This document shows, one piece after another, positions 1 to 10,119 of a DNA stretch of 48,847 nt. Source of the stretch: Chiloscyllium plagiosum (Eukaryota). The first letter of the stretch is position 1. The number at the start of each line of letters is the position of its first letter. The position numbers were made by a program, and so were the translations under genes. The notes beneath the pieces were generated by a model. That model saw nothing but the letters and a program-made list of their open reading frames with translations. It did not search any database and had not been told where the DNA came from. The stretch is taken from the NCBI RefSeq assembly GCF_004010195.1, contig NC_057719.1:1567736-1616582 (forward strand), read 5' to 3'.

Positions 1-1261
1 TCCTTGTAATGCGGTGACCAGAACTGGAAGCAATACTCCAAATGCAGCTGCACTAGAGTTTTGTACAGCTGCAGTATGACCTGATGGCTCCGAAACTCGA
101 TCCCTCTATCAATAAAAGCTAACATACTGTATGTCGCCTTAACGATCCTATCAACCTGGGTGGTAACTTTCAGGGATCTATGTACATGGACACCGAGATC
201 TCTCTGCTCATCCACACTACCAAGAATGTTCCCATTAGCCAAGTACTCTATATTCCTGTTGCTCCTTCCAAAGTAAATCACCTCACACTTTTCCACATTA
301 AACTCCATTTGCCACCTCTCAGCCCAGCTCTGCAGCTTATTTATGTCCCTTTGTAACCTGCAATATCCTTATACACTGTCCACAACTCCACAGACTTCAG
401 TGTCATCTGCAAATTTACTAACCCATCCTTCTACGTCCTCATCTTATAAAAGTGACAAACAGCAGTGGCCCCAGAACAGATCCTTGCGGTACACCACTAG
501 TAACTGAGCTTCAGGATGAATATTTCCCATCAATCACCACCACCTTTCTTCTTTCAGCTAGCCAATTTCTGATCCAACCCATTAAACCCCTTCAATGACA
601 TGACTCCGTATTTTCTGCAATACCGTGGGGAACCTTATCAAACCACTTACTGAAATCCATATACACCACATCAACGGCTTACCCTCATCCACCTGTTTGG
701 TCACCTTCTGAAAGAACTCAATCAGGGTTGTGAGGCACGACCTACCCTTCACAAGATCATGTTGATTGTCTCTAATCAAATTATTCCTTTCTAGATGATT
801 ATAAATCCTATCCCTTATAACCCTTTCCGACACTTTACCCACAACCGAAGTAAGGCTCACTGGTCTATAATTACCCGAGTTGTCTCTACTCCCCTGCTTG
901 AACAAGGGAACCACGTTTGCTATCCTCCAGTCTTCTGGCACTATTCCTGTAGACAATGACGACATAAAGATCAAAGCCACAGGCTCGGCAATCCCCTCCC
1001 TGGCTTTCCAGAGATTCCTAGGATAAATCCCATCTGGCTCAGAGGACTTATCTATTTTCACACTTTCCAAAATTGCTAACACCTCCGCCTTGTGAACCTC
1101 AATCCCATCTAGTCTAATAGCCTGTATCTCAGTATTCTCCTTGACAATATTGTCTTTTTCTAGTGTGAATACTGATGAAAAATATTCATTTAGTGTCTCT
1201 CCTATCTCTTCGGACTCCACGCACAACTTCCCACTACTGTCCTTGACTGGCCCTAATCTTA
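1..1261 (-). mobile_element. CR1-family LINE ORF2 (reverse transcriptase) fragment, 3' part; runs off the window start
   Basis: ORF 582..1340 contains CR1 ORF2 motifs DWRIANVVPLFK, NYRPVSLTSVVGK and GRSCLTTLIEFF. The frame is disrupted. Confidence 0.92.
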
Positions 1262-1964
1262 TTCTGGAGTAGAGTGGTGCTGGAAAAACACAGCAGTTCA
1301 GGCAGCATCCGAGGAGCAGGAAAATCAACGTTTTGGGCAAAAGCCCTTCATCAGGAATACAGGCAGAGAGGCTGAAGGGTGGAGAGATAAATGAGAGGAG
1401 TGGGGAGAAAGTAGAATAGAGTACAATAGATGAGTGGGGGTGGGGATGAAGGTGATAGGTCAGGGAGGAGAGTGGGGGAAGGTAGCAAAGGGTACAGTGG
1501 GTGAGTGGGGGTGGGATGAAGGTAATAGATCAGAGAGGAGGGTGGAGTGGATAGGAGGAAAAGAAGATAGGCCGGTAGGACAGATCATGGGGACGGTGCT
1601 GAGCTGGAAGTTTGGAACTAGGGTGAGGTGGGGGAAGGGGAAATGAGGAAACTGGTGAAGTCCACATTGATGCCCTGGGGTTGAAGTGTTCCGAGGCGGA
1701 AGATATATTGGTGGATGTGCAAGTAAAACTTTGGATGTGGAAGGCTCCTTCAGGGCCTTGGATAGAGGTGAGGGAGGAGGTGTGGGTGCAAGTTTTGCAA
1801 TTCGTGCGGTGGCAGGGGAGGGTGCCAGGACGGGAGGGTGGGTTGTAAGGGGGCATGGACCTGACCAGGTAGTCACAGAGGGAACGGTCTTTGCAGAAAG
1901 TGGAAAGGGGTGGCGAGGGAAATATATCCCTGGTGGTGGGGTCCGTTTGGAGGTGGCGGAAATG
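1262..1964 (-). mobile_element. Penelope-like element 3' fragment (Cys-rich linker, truncated endonuclease, terminal repeat with degenerate hammerhead) inserted in CR1
   Basis: Minus strand encodes GTLPCHRTNCKTCTHTSSLTSIQGPEGAFHIQSFTCTSTNI, then IFRLGTLQPQGINVDF in another frame. A pyrimidine-rich UTR and CTGATGAAGGGCTTTTGCCCAAAACGTT follow. Confidence 0.85.
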
Positions 1965-2940
1965 TCGCTAGTCATCCTTTTATTCCAGACATACCTATAG
2001 AAAGCTTCAGGATTCTCCTTGGCTCTACCAACCAAAGACTTCTCATGTCCCCTCTGCCTCCTCTTCGCTCACTCTTTAATTCTTTCCTGGCTAACTTGTA
2101 ACTCTCAAGCACCCTACCTGAGCCTTTGCGTCTCATCTTTACATAAACCTCCTTCTTCCTCTTGACAAGAAATTCAACTTCCTTAGTAAACCATCTTTCC
2201 CTCACTCAGCCACTTCCTCCCTGCCTGACAAGAACATAGTTATAAAGGGCAAATAATAGCTGTTCTTGAACAAGCTCCACATTTCAAGTGTGCCCATCCC
2301 TGCAGTTTCCTTCCCCATCCTATGCATCCTAAATTGTGCCTAATTGCATCGTAATTGCCCTTCCCCAGCTATAACACTTGCCCTGCAGTATATACCTATC
2401 CCTTTCCATCGCTAAAGTAAACGTAACTGAATTGTGGTCCCTATCACCAAAGTGCTCACCTCTCTCCAAGTCTAATACCTGTCCGGGTTCATTACCCAGT
2501 ACCAAATCTAATGTGGCCTTGCCCCCTTGTTGGCCAATCTACATACTGTGTCAGGAAACCCTCCTGCATACATTGGACAAAAACTGACCCTTCTAAAGTA
2601 CTCAAACTATAGTATTTCTAGTCAATATTGGGAAAGTTAAAGTCCCCCATAACAACTACCTTGGTACTCTTGCTCCTATCCAGAATCATTTTTGCAATCC
2701 TTTCCATTACATCTCTGGAACTTTTCAGAGGCCTATAGAAAACTCTCAACAGGTGACCTCTCCTTTCCTGTTTTTAACCTCAGTCCATACTACTTCAATA
2801 GACGCGTCCTCACCAAATGTCCTTTCTGCCACCGTAATACTGTCCTTGACTAACCATGCCATACCACCACCTTTGTTCTTACTGAATCGTCTAAACCTCG
2901 GAGCCTACAACAATCATTCCTGTCCCTGCTCTATCCATGT
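1965..2940 (-). mobile_element. CR1 LINE ORF2, upstream part (APE endonuclease C-terminus and linker); continuation of the 1-1261 element
   Basis: Minus strand gives GEHFGDRDHNSVTF (endonuclease end) and WFTKEVEFLVKRKKE/KENPEAFYRYV. It is collinear with 1-1261 across the insertion. Confidence 0.88.
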
Positions 2941-2945
2941 CTCCA

Positions 2946-3405
2946 CAGGAGCAGGAATTGGCAATTCAGCCCTTGAAGCCTACTGCAATACTTGGTATGA
3001 TCATGGCTTATCTCATCTTGGCCTCAACTCCACATTCCTGCCCTTACCCCATAACCTATAACTCATTAATTAAAAATCTGTCCATATCCTTAAATTTATT
3101 CATTGTCCTGGTACACTGGTGCAGTGAATTCCACAGATTCATGACCCTTTGAGAGAAGAAGTTTCTCACCTCTGTTTTAAATCTGCTATCCCATGTTCTA
3201 AAACTTTGACCTGTCATTTCAGATTGCTCCATGAGGGAAAAATCCACTCTTCATTCATATCTTTAATCTACTTTTGCATCTTACAAACCTCAATTAGATC
3301 TTCTCTCATCCTACTAAAATCTAGTGTGTATTGGCCTAAATTGCTCAATCTCTTCTCAGAAGGCAAGCCTTTCATCTTTGGAATTAATCTCGTGAACTTC
3401 CTCTG
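2946..3405 (-). mobile_element. Older CR1 3' end fragment
   Basis: Minus strand gives RFKTEVRNFFSQRVMNLWNSL, the CR1 ORF2 C-terminal motif. Confidence 0.75.
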
Positions 3406-3682
3406 AACTGTCAAAGCATACAAGGCTATGGGCCAAGAGTTAGGAAAGTGGGATTAGAATAGTTAGGTGGTTGTTTTGACTGACGTGGGCCAAAGGCCTT
3501 TTTCTGTGCTGTAGATTTCTCTGACTCTAAGCCTGCATGTCTGAGCAGGTTGATTAAAATAACTACTAAAGATGAGGACATTAAGGTGGGTCAGTGATAT
3601 TGAAGTACTGGTCAGACGTGAGCTAACTGAATGACACAGCCAACGCTGAAAGACTGAATAACCTTCAATGTGCAAAGGATCG

Positions 3683-3980
3683 TAGAATCTCTACATTGCG
3701 GAAAGAGGCTATTCGGCCCATCAAGTTTGCACTGACTCTCTGAAGCACATCCCACCCAGCCGTCGCCCCCGATCCTATTCTTGTAACTGTGCATTTACTA
3801 TGGCCAATCCACCTAACTTGCACATCTTTGGACAGTGGGGGGAAACTGGAGCACCTGGCAGAAACAGATGCAGACACTGCAGAACATCCAAATTCTACAG
3901 AGCGTCATTCAAGGCTGAAGTCGAATCTGGTCTCTGGTTCCGTGAGGCAGCAGTGCAGACCACTGAGCGACCGTGCCACG
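3683..3980 (-). mobile_element. tRNA-derived SINE (HE1/V-SINE type)
   Basis: Reverse complement starts GGCACGGTCGCTCAGTGG (A-box-like) and contains the GTGGATTGGCCAT core and a CR1-derived tail. Confidence 0.8.
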
Positions 3981-4299
3981 TTGTTTAAAGGCAAATTGTA
4001 TGTTTAATAAAAATACATTATTCAGGGGTATGAGGACCATTGCCCATTTATTATCTTGAGAAGGTGGTGATGGGCTACTTCCAACATAACTATCTGGATG
4101 TGGATGTGTGGCCAAGGACAGCTGCTGAACTCTGTTTAGGTTTCCTTAACATGACCCAGTGTTTGAGAGTCAGGTGGCAGTGAAGAAAATGTGGCAGTAT
4201 GACTAAAACCGAAAATACTGGAAGCTCTCAGCAGCATCTGTGGTGCAAAAGCTTTGGGTTCATGTTTTGCGTTGATGTCCTTTCATCATAACAGGACGC

Positions 4300-5520
4300 A
4301 ATTAGAGTCATAGAGTCATCTAACATGGAGACAAATCCTTTAGTCCAACAAGTCCATGCCAACCAGGTATCATAAACTGAACTAATCCCATGATTTAGAG
4401 ATGCCAGTGTTGGATTGGGGCGTACAAAGTTAAAAATCTCACAATACCAAGTCATAGTCCAACAGGCTTAATTAGAAGCACTAGCTTTTGGAGCGCTGCT
4501 CTTTCATCAGGTGGTTATGGAGTATAAGATTGTAAGACATCTTATACTCCACCACTACCTGATGAAGGAGTGCCGCTCTGAAAGCTAGTGCTTCCAGTTA
4601 AACATGTTAGACTATAACTTGGTGTTGTGTGATTTTTAACTTTGAACTAATCCCATTTGCCTGCATTTGGCCCATATCTCCCTCAACCTTTCCCATTCAT
4701 GTACCCATCCAGATGCCTTGTAAATGTTGTACTTGTACTTGCCTCCACCACTTCCTCTGGCAGCTCATTTGTATGTGCACCACCACCCGATGTGTGGAAG
4801 ACGTTGCCCCTCAGGTCTTTTTTAAGTCTTTCCCACTCACCTTAAACCTGTGCCCTCTAGTTTTGGATTCTCCTACTCCAGGGAAAAGACCTTGGCTATT
4901 CACCGTGTTTATGCCCTTCATGATTTTATAAAACTCTATAAGGTCACCGCTCAGCCTCCGACGCTCCAGGGAAAAACATTCCATCCTATCCAGTCTCTCC
5001 TTATAACTCAAACCTTCTGGTCCCAGCAACATCCTTGTAAATCTTTTTTGAACTCCTTCTAATTTAACAACTTCCTTTCTAAAGCAAGGTGATCAGAATT
5101 GTATGCAGTATTCCAAAAGTGGCCTTGTCAATGCCTTGTACAGCTGCAATATTTTGTCCCAGCTCCTTTACTGAGTATTCTGACCAATGAAGGCAAGCAT
5201 ACCAAATGCCACCTTCACCACCCTGTCTACCTGAGATGCCACTTTCCAGGAATATGAACCTCATCCCTAAGTCCGTCCCCAAGATCCTTCCATTAACTGT
5301 GCAAATTCTGCCTTGGTTTGTCATACCAAAATACAACATCTTGCATCTATCTAAATTGAATTAACACCATTTCTCAGTCCATTTGCCTATCTGATCAAGA
5401 TCTCATTGTACTGTTAGATAACCTTCTTCACAGTTCACCATACTACTAATTTCGGTGTCGTCCGCAAGCTTAGTAACCATACCTCCTATTTTTCCCATCT
5501 AAACCTTTGATATAAATGTC
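4300..5520 (-). mobile_element. CR1 LINE 3' fragment interrupted by a fold-back insertion at 4392-4643
   Basis: GLSYKERLDRMECFSLERRRLSGDLIEFYKIMKG motif and CTATGACT-type tail near 4303-4319. Confidence 0.88.
4392..4643. mobile_element. Fold-back PLE terminal-repeat element (family B) with hammerhead motifs on both strands
   Basis: Inverted arms ~4426-4530 and ~4539-4644. 13-bp TSD GAACTAATCCCAT at 4379-4391 and 4644-4656. Plus-strand motif CTGATGAAGGAGTGCCGCTCTGAAAGCTAGTG at 4559-4590. Confidence 0.85.
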
Positions 5521-5930
5521 GAACCACAACCAAACCTTAAGACCATAAGAGCAGGCATGGCATCATGGACTAGGCTAGACCACTCAAAGCATTCTTAAGC
5601 AGGCAGCCCAGACTGTAACTTTGCTATTTGTTTCAATAAGTGTATGGTGAAAATTACCCGGAGTAAATTAGCTAGGTTGACGACCAGGTTTTAAAACTGA
5701 CAAAAATTTACTCACAAAGTTACGGAATGAAACACAAAGAACAGTATATAGAATACCCACAGAATTCAGTCTCTCCAAACTGGATTTAATTGTGCTGTTC
5801 TGAAAATACACCACAGTCCCAATAAACAAACTCCCTTAAACATAGAGGAAAAATGAAACAAAGGTTTACAGGTCAAAGTTAGAAGGGCAGAAGCAGAGAG
5901 GGTCTAGCAACCTGTTTCCACACAGGGCAA

Positions 5931-6042
5931 AAGTGAGGACTGCAGATGCTGGAGATCAGAGTCTAGATTAGAGTGGTGCTGGAAAAGCACAGCAGGTCAG
6001 GCAGCATCCGAGGAGCAAGAAAATCGACGTTTTGGGCAAAAG
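5931..6042 (-). mobile_element. PLE terminal-repeat fragment (family A), truncated inside the hammerhead stem II
   Basis: Near-identical to 1262-1345 and 10682-10795; ends at GGGCAAAAG. Confidence 0.75.
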
Positions 6043-6360
6043 TCCAGACAGCCCACATTGTTGATTGTTGGAACAGCCCATCTGGTTCAGTAATGTCCTA
6101 GTGGATAGGTAGGCAGCTGTGACTTGCAATGTCAGCAGATCTCCTGGTAAGAACATCTACAAGCAGTAGCAGCAGCCTTCTGGTCTGAAGCTGTTGAACT
6201 GTTGAGGCTGGAAGGCAGTGAAATACTGTGTATGTGTAAAACATGAATAAATTCCTCTTCCCTTGCTTGTGCTCTCCTGTTTATATTTGTGGCACTGCAC
6301 AGGGAGATGCTGCCAGCAACCTGTTTCTGTGATAAGGTAAGGGTAGTTTTTCATGTAATA

Positions 6361-6456
6361 TGATGTGGAGGTATTGGTGTTGGCCCGGGGTGGACAATTG
6401 ACTAGGTTATAGTCCAACCTGTTTAGACTATAACCTGGTGTTGTGTGATTTTTAAC
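6361..6456. mobile_element. Collapsed fold-back PLE element (family B), no hammerhead left
   Basis: AGGTTATAGTC...GACTATAACCT inversion. Shares GGTGTTGTGTGATTTTTAACTTT with 4621-4643. Degenerate 12-bp TSD at 6349-6360 and 6457-6468. Confidence 0.7.
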
Positions 6457-6496
6457 TTTCACATAATAGTTAGCCTTGTTGACGGGGTCAGAAGGC

Positions 6497-6905
6497 CCTG
6501 GAGATCAGAGACAAGATTGAGTGGTGCTGGAAAAGCACAGCAGGTCAGGCAGCATCCGAGGAGCAGGGAAATCGACGATTCGGGCAAAAGCCCACAAGAA
6601 CCTAGGCGATGCTGGTACAATTGCAATATTTAAGAGGCATTTGGATGGGTATATGAATAAGAAGGGTTTGGAGGGATATGGGCCGGGTGCTGGCAGGTGG
6701 GACTAGATTGGGTTGGGATATCTGATCGGCATGGACGGGTTGGACCGAAGGGTCTGTTTCCATGCTGTACATCTCTATGACTGTATGACTCTATCAGGAA
6801 TGAGCCTGATGAGTCCATTCCTGATGAAGGGCTTTTGCCCGAAACGTTTTTCCTGCTCCTCAGATGCTGCCTGACCTGTTGCGCTTTTCCAGCACCACTC
6901 TGATC
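6497..6905. mobile_element. Fold-back PLE element (family A) interrupted by a + strand CR1 3' end (~6603-6793)
   Basis: Left arm 6497-6593 is inverted relative to the right arm 6817-6905. CTGATGAAGGGCTTTTGCCCGAAACGTT at 6821-6848. The CR1 tail CTCTATGACTGTATGACTCTAT lies between the arms. Confidence 0.8.
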
Positions 6906-8042
6906 ATAAACAAGACTGCCTTGTCTTTGTGTTATTTACCTGTGGTGCTGGTGATGGTGATAGCATTCATGAGGGAAAGTCTATTTGTGTAAACTCATCT
7001 GTGAAGAATGCTCCCTTGTCAAAGGGCTTTTTAAAAAGATGATGCTCTGGATAAGGGCATTGTTGACCAGGATGGCATTTGTTGGCAATCCCTGTGTATC
7101 CTTGAGAGGTTGGTGAGCTGCTTCAGTTCTTGAAGCTCACATTTATGTATGTTAGAGAGGGAGTTCCCAGATAGTGACTTGAAGATTTTGGAATGACAGA
7201 TTTTCAAGCCAAGGCACTATGTGATTAGTAAGTTATACTGTTCCCATGCATCCGCTGGCCTTAACCTGCGATCTTCATCACCAAAGTCTGGGAAAGTGTG
7301 GTGTGTTGCTGTAGTGCATCTTGTATTTGGTGCTACCTGCCACAATTGGAGGGAGTGGATGTTTGAGTTGTTAGGTGCACAACTTACGAGCACATAACAC
7401 TCTGTGAAACACCACCCCCATCTCAAAAATAACTTGAGTTGAGTACCTCCAGTAAGGCTGTGCTTCATATTCCAACAAGAGGATTTGTCCTTTAGAGCCT
7501 GTTTAAGTCACATTTTAGCTGATTGGTTTGCCTCAGCAACAGCTGTCGAGGACTAAATTAGATTGCCATTTGTTGCATTTTAACCTGGCCAGGCGGCATT
7601 GGTAAAATCTACCCAAATGCAGCTGGTGCTTGGTTTATTTTTGTCTTTCCAGCTGCTTGCTTTGATTGAGTTGCTTGCTTGCTTGGCCCATATCAGCACA
7701 ATTGTTTTCCTTTTTGGTGCTTTTTAATTGGCAACTGCTCAATATTGCATCAAAAAAGGATGCTGCTTTACAGTATTATACTTTGAAGAGATAATATTCC
7801 ATGTACCCTCTGACTTGTTTGACCAGATAATGTTTTTTTTTGTGTGCTGCTGGTTGAAAGATAACTATTGGCTAGGGTTCCCAAGGAGAACACTTTTCAG
7901 TAATGCCATGGGATATTTTACTTTCACATGAGAGATTTCCTCACCTCGAAAATTATGCTGTTTTCTCTCCACAAGTGCTCACTCTTTCGGGTTAAAGTAT
8001 GGTCAGAGGTAAGCAATAACCCTTGCTTTGGAAGTTGCTTGC

Positions 8043-8300
8043 AGCTCAGCAAATAGCATTTTCACATCCAAGTCAGAAGGTTGTAAATTTCATTCAAGAG
8101 ATTTCAAGAGTTCAAGAGATTTCAAAATTCAGTCTAGCACTCCAGGTCAGCACAGAGACAATACTGCGTGTGACAGAGTTACCTTTTCTCAGGTAGATGT
8201 AAGTGATTCAGTGGCACTGTTTCAAAGCAAAGTTCTCCCTGGTGTCTTGGTTAGTATTTGTCCCTAGTCATCACTAATCATTATCTAGTTATTACATCGT
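8043..8300 (+). mobile_element. Decayed DeuSINE/SacSINE-like SINE
   Basis: AGTCAGAAGGTTG head and TTCTCCCTGGTGTCTTGGTTAGTATTT core, similar to 16985-17310. Confidence 0.55.
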
Positions 8301-8599
8301 TATTATTTAGTTACTGTCATCCTACAGTCCATTGTATCTGTTCTAATACTAACCTCTTAACATGAAACATAATGTACTATAATTAAATTTCTTTATTCTT
8401 TCCTCTTTTTGTCATAATCTCCAGCGTTGAGGTTCAGTTTCTTCCAGCTCAATATTGGGAAGACCAGAGCCTGATTTTCTTCTATCTATGCTGTAAAGTC
8501 ACTATTGGTTTCACTCCCCTCTTTGGTCACTGAATTGGGATGAATCAGACCTGTCTGCAGTCTTTGTGCCAGATGTAACTCCAAGCTGAGTTGTCGTCT

Positions 8600-8730
8600 T
8601 AGATCACAAAGGGTCACTGGACCCAAAATGTTAAGTGTGCTTCCTCTCCACAGATGTTGCCTCACCTGCTGAGTTTTTCCAACAAGTTGAGTTTGTTTCG
8701 GATTTCCAGCATCTGCAGTCTTTGTTTTTT
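8600..8730 (+). mobile_element. Old PLE terminal-repeat relic with decayed hammerhead (related relics near 4205-4290, 36460-36577, 39628-39735, 45045-45220)
   Basis: AAGGGTCACTGGACCCAAAATGTTAA (stem II hairpin and decayed GAAACGTT), then the CCAGCATCTGCAGT end shared with family A. Confidence 0.5.
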
Positions 8731-8878
8731 TTTTAAACTTGTCCAGCTGCTTTCATTTTCACTTATTGTTGTCTGTATTCACCCTGATTTGACCCATATG
8801 CAACTAAAACTATTGCCCTGTCATTATCACAGCCAGAACGTACTACTACAGTGCTCTGAGGTCTGGCCTCCTATCCTT

Positions 8879-8964
8879 TAAGGGCAGCACGGTGGCACAG
8901 TGGTTAGCACTGCTGCCTCACAGCGCCAGAGACCCGGGTTCAATTCCTGCCTCAGGCGACTGAC
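8879..8964 (+). mobile_element. 3'-truncated HE1-type SINE (tRNA-like head only) flanked by a 41-bp direct repeat
   Basis: GGCAGCACGGTGGCACAGTGG (A box) and GGTTCAATTCC (B box). Identical repeat at 8838-8878 and 8965-9005. Confidence 0.88.
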
Positions 8965-9109
8965 ACGTACTACTACAGTGCTCTGAGGTCTGGCCTCCTA
9001 TCCTTCCTGCTTTGCAAATTTCTTTTTCTCCCAAATTCTGCTACGGGTGTCTTACTCCATTCACCTGTCCTTGCTATCCTGGGTATGGCCTGAAAGTCAC
9101 CAATGTCTG

Positions 9110-9770
9110 CGGTTTAATTAATTGCTCATCCTAGTGTTTAAATTCATACATGTTCTTTCCGTTTCCTAACTCCTTAGCTAAACTCCTTCAGCTTTACGCC
9201 CCTCCCCGAAATTCTCTGTTCTCAGCCTCTGACATCTTCTGTGTACCACCCAGCCCACATCCCAGCTTTGGTGGCTGTACCTTCAATCATCTCCGTCCCA
9301 CACTTGGAAATTCCCCTACCTCTCTCCTTAAAATTCTCCTTTAAAACCAAAAGTGATTATTTTGAATGTGACCATTTCTAAGGGTGGCATGGTGGCCTCA
9401 CAGCGCCAGGCACCCGGGTTTGATTTCTGCCTTTGGTAACTGTCTGTGTGGAGTTTGCACATTCTCATTGTGTCTGTGTGGGTTTCCTCCCACAGTTCGT
9501 AGATGTTCAGATTAGGTATGTTGGCCATGTTAAATTGCCCATCTTGTCCAGGGATGCTAGATCAATTTACCATGGTAAATGCAGGGTTAGAGGGATTAGA
9601 GAGGGGGCCAGGTGGGTCTGGGTGGAATGCTCTTCAGAGGGGTTGGTGTGGACTCGAAGGGCCAAATTATCTGCTTCTACACTGTAGCGTTCCTGTGGTC
9701 AAAGTATTCCTTTTGTCTCCTTATACAGACGTGAGACACCCACATGGTGTAAGTGCTGCTTAAATGCAAA
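9110..9770 (+). mobile_element. Decayed L2-like LINE 3' end split by a SINE
   Basis: Similar to the L2-like 3' region at 39870-40172 (TGGAA(A)TTCCC/TGGAATTACATCCC motif; ends in AAATGCAA/AAGTGCAAGT). Confidence 0.5.
9382..9686 (+). mobile_element. HE1-type SINE with internal deletions
   Basis: TGTGTGGAGTTTGCACATTCTC core and CR1-like tail. Confidence 0.85.
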
Positions 9771-10119
9771 TATCTTAAATGGCACATCTGATTTTCATGA
9801 TGTTTTAGACTTTATAAAACATATGACCCATTGGATAAGTTAGAAGAAATGTTTTCACACACTGTTGGAAAGAGTTGTTGGATTGAATGTCTGTCTTCTG
9901 TCGCACTAGAATTCTATTCCCCTCATAATAAATTTTGAGTAAGTGCCCCTTTGTTCCTAAACTGTTAATCAACTGAAGCAATTTTTAAATGTACGCCTTC
10001 TTCAAATCTTGGAATTTTTCGAACCCCTGTTTAAACCCCTATTGGCCTTCTTTGTTCCAGTGGCCTTTCCATATTATAGCTCCCATTTCTGGTATAATCA
10101 TAGTGAATCTTCACAGGGC

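Noticed and set aside
4392..4643. Fold-back elements as DNA-transposon MITEs
   Set aside because: The inverted repeats are not terminal (one-sided tail), the TSDs are long and variable, and family A is attached to a PLE ORF at 1262-1964.
5550..5920. Possible LTR fragment
   Set aside because: It looks repeat-like, but I found no TG..CA ends, TSD, PBS or second copy.
8882..8955. tRNA gene
   Set aside because: It matches the SINE head seen in other copies, and no complete cloverleaf or terminator is evident.
9729..9748. 20-nt segment between a pyrimidine tract/CAG and GTAAGT as a micro-exon
   Set aside because: It does not encode the expected BRF1 peptide, is not frame-preserving and lies in a decayed LINE tail.
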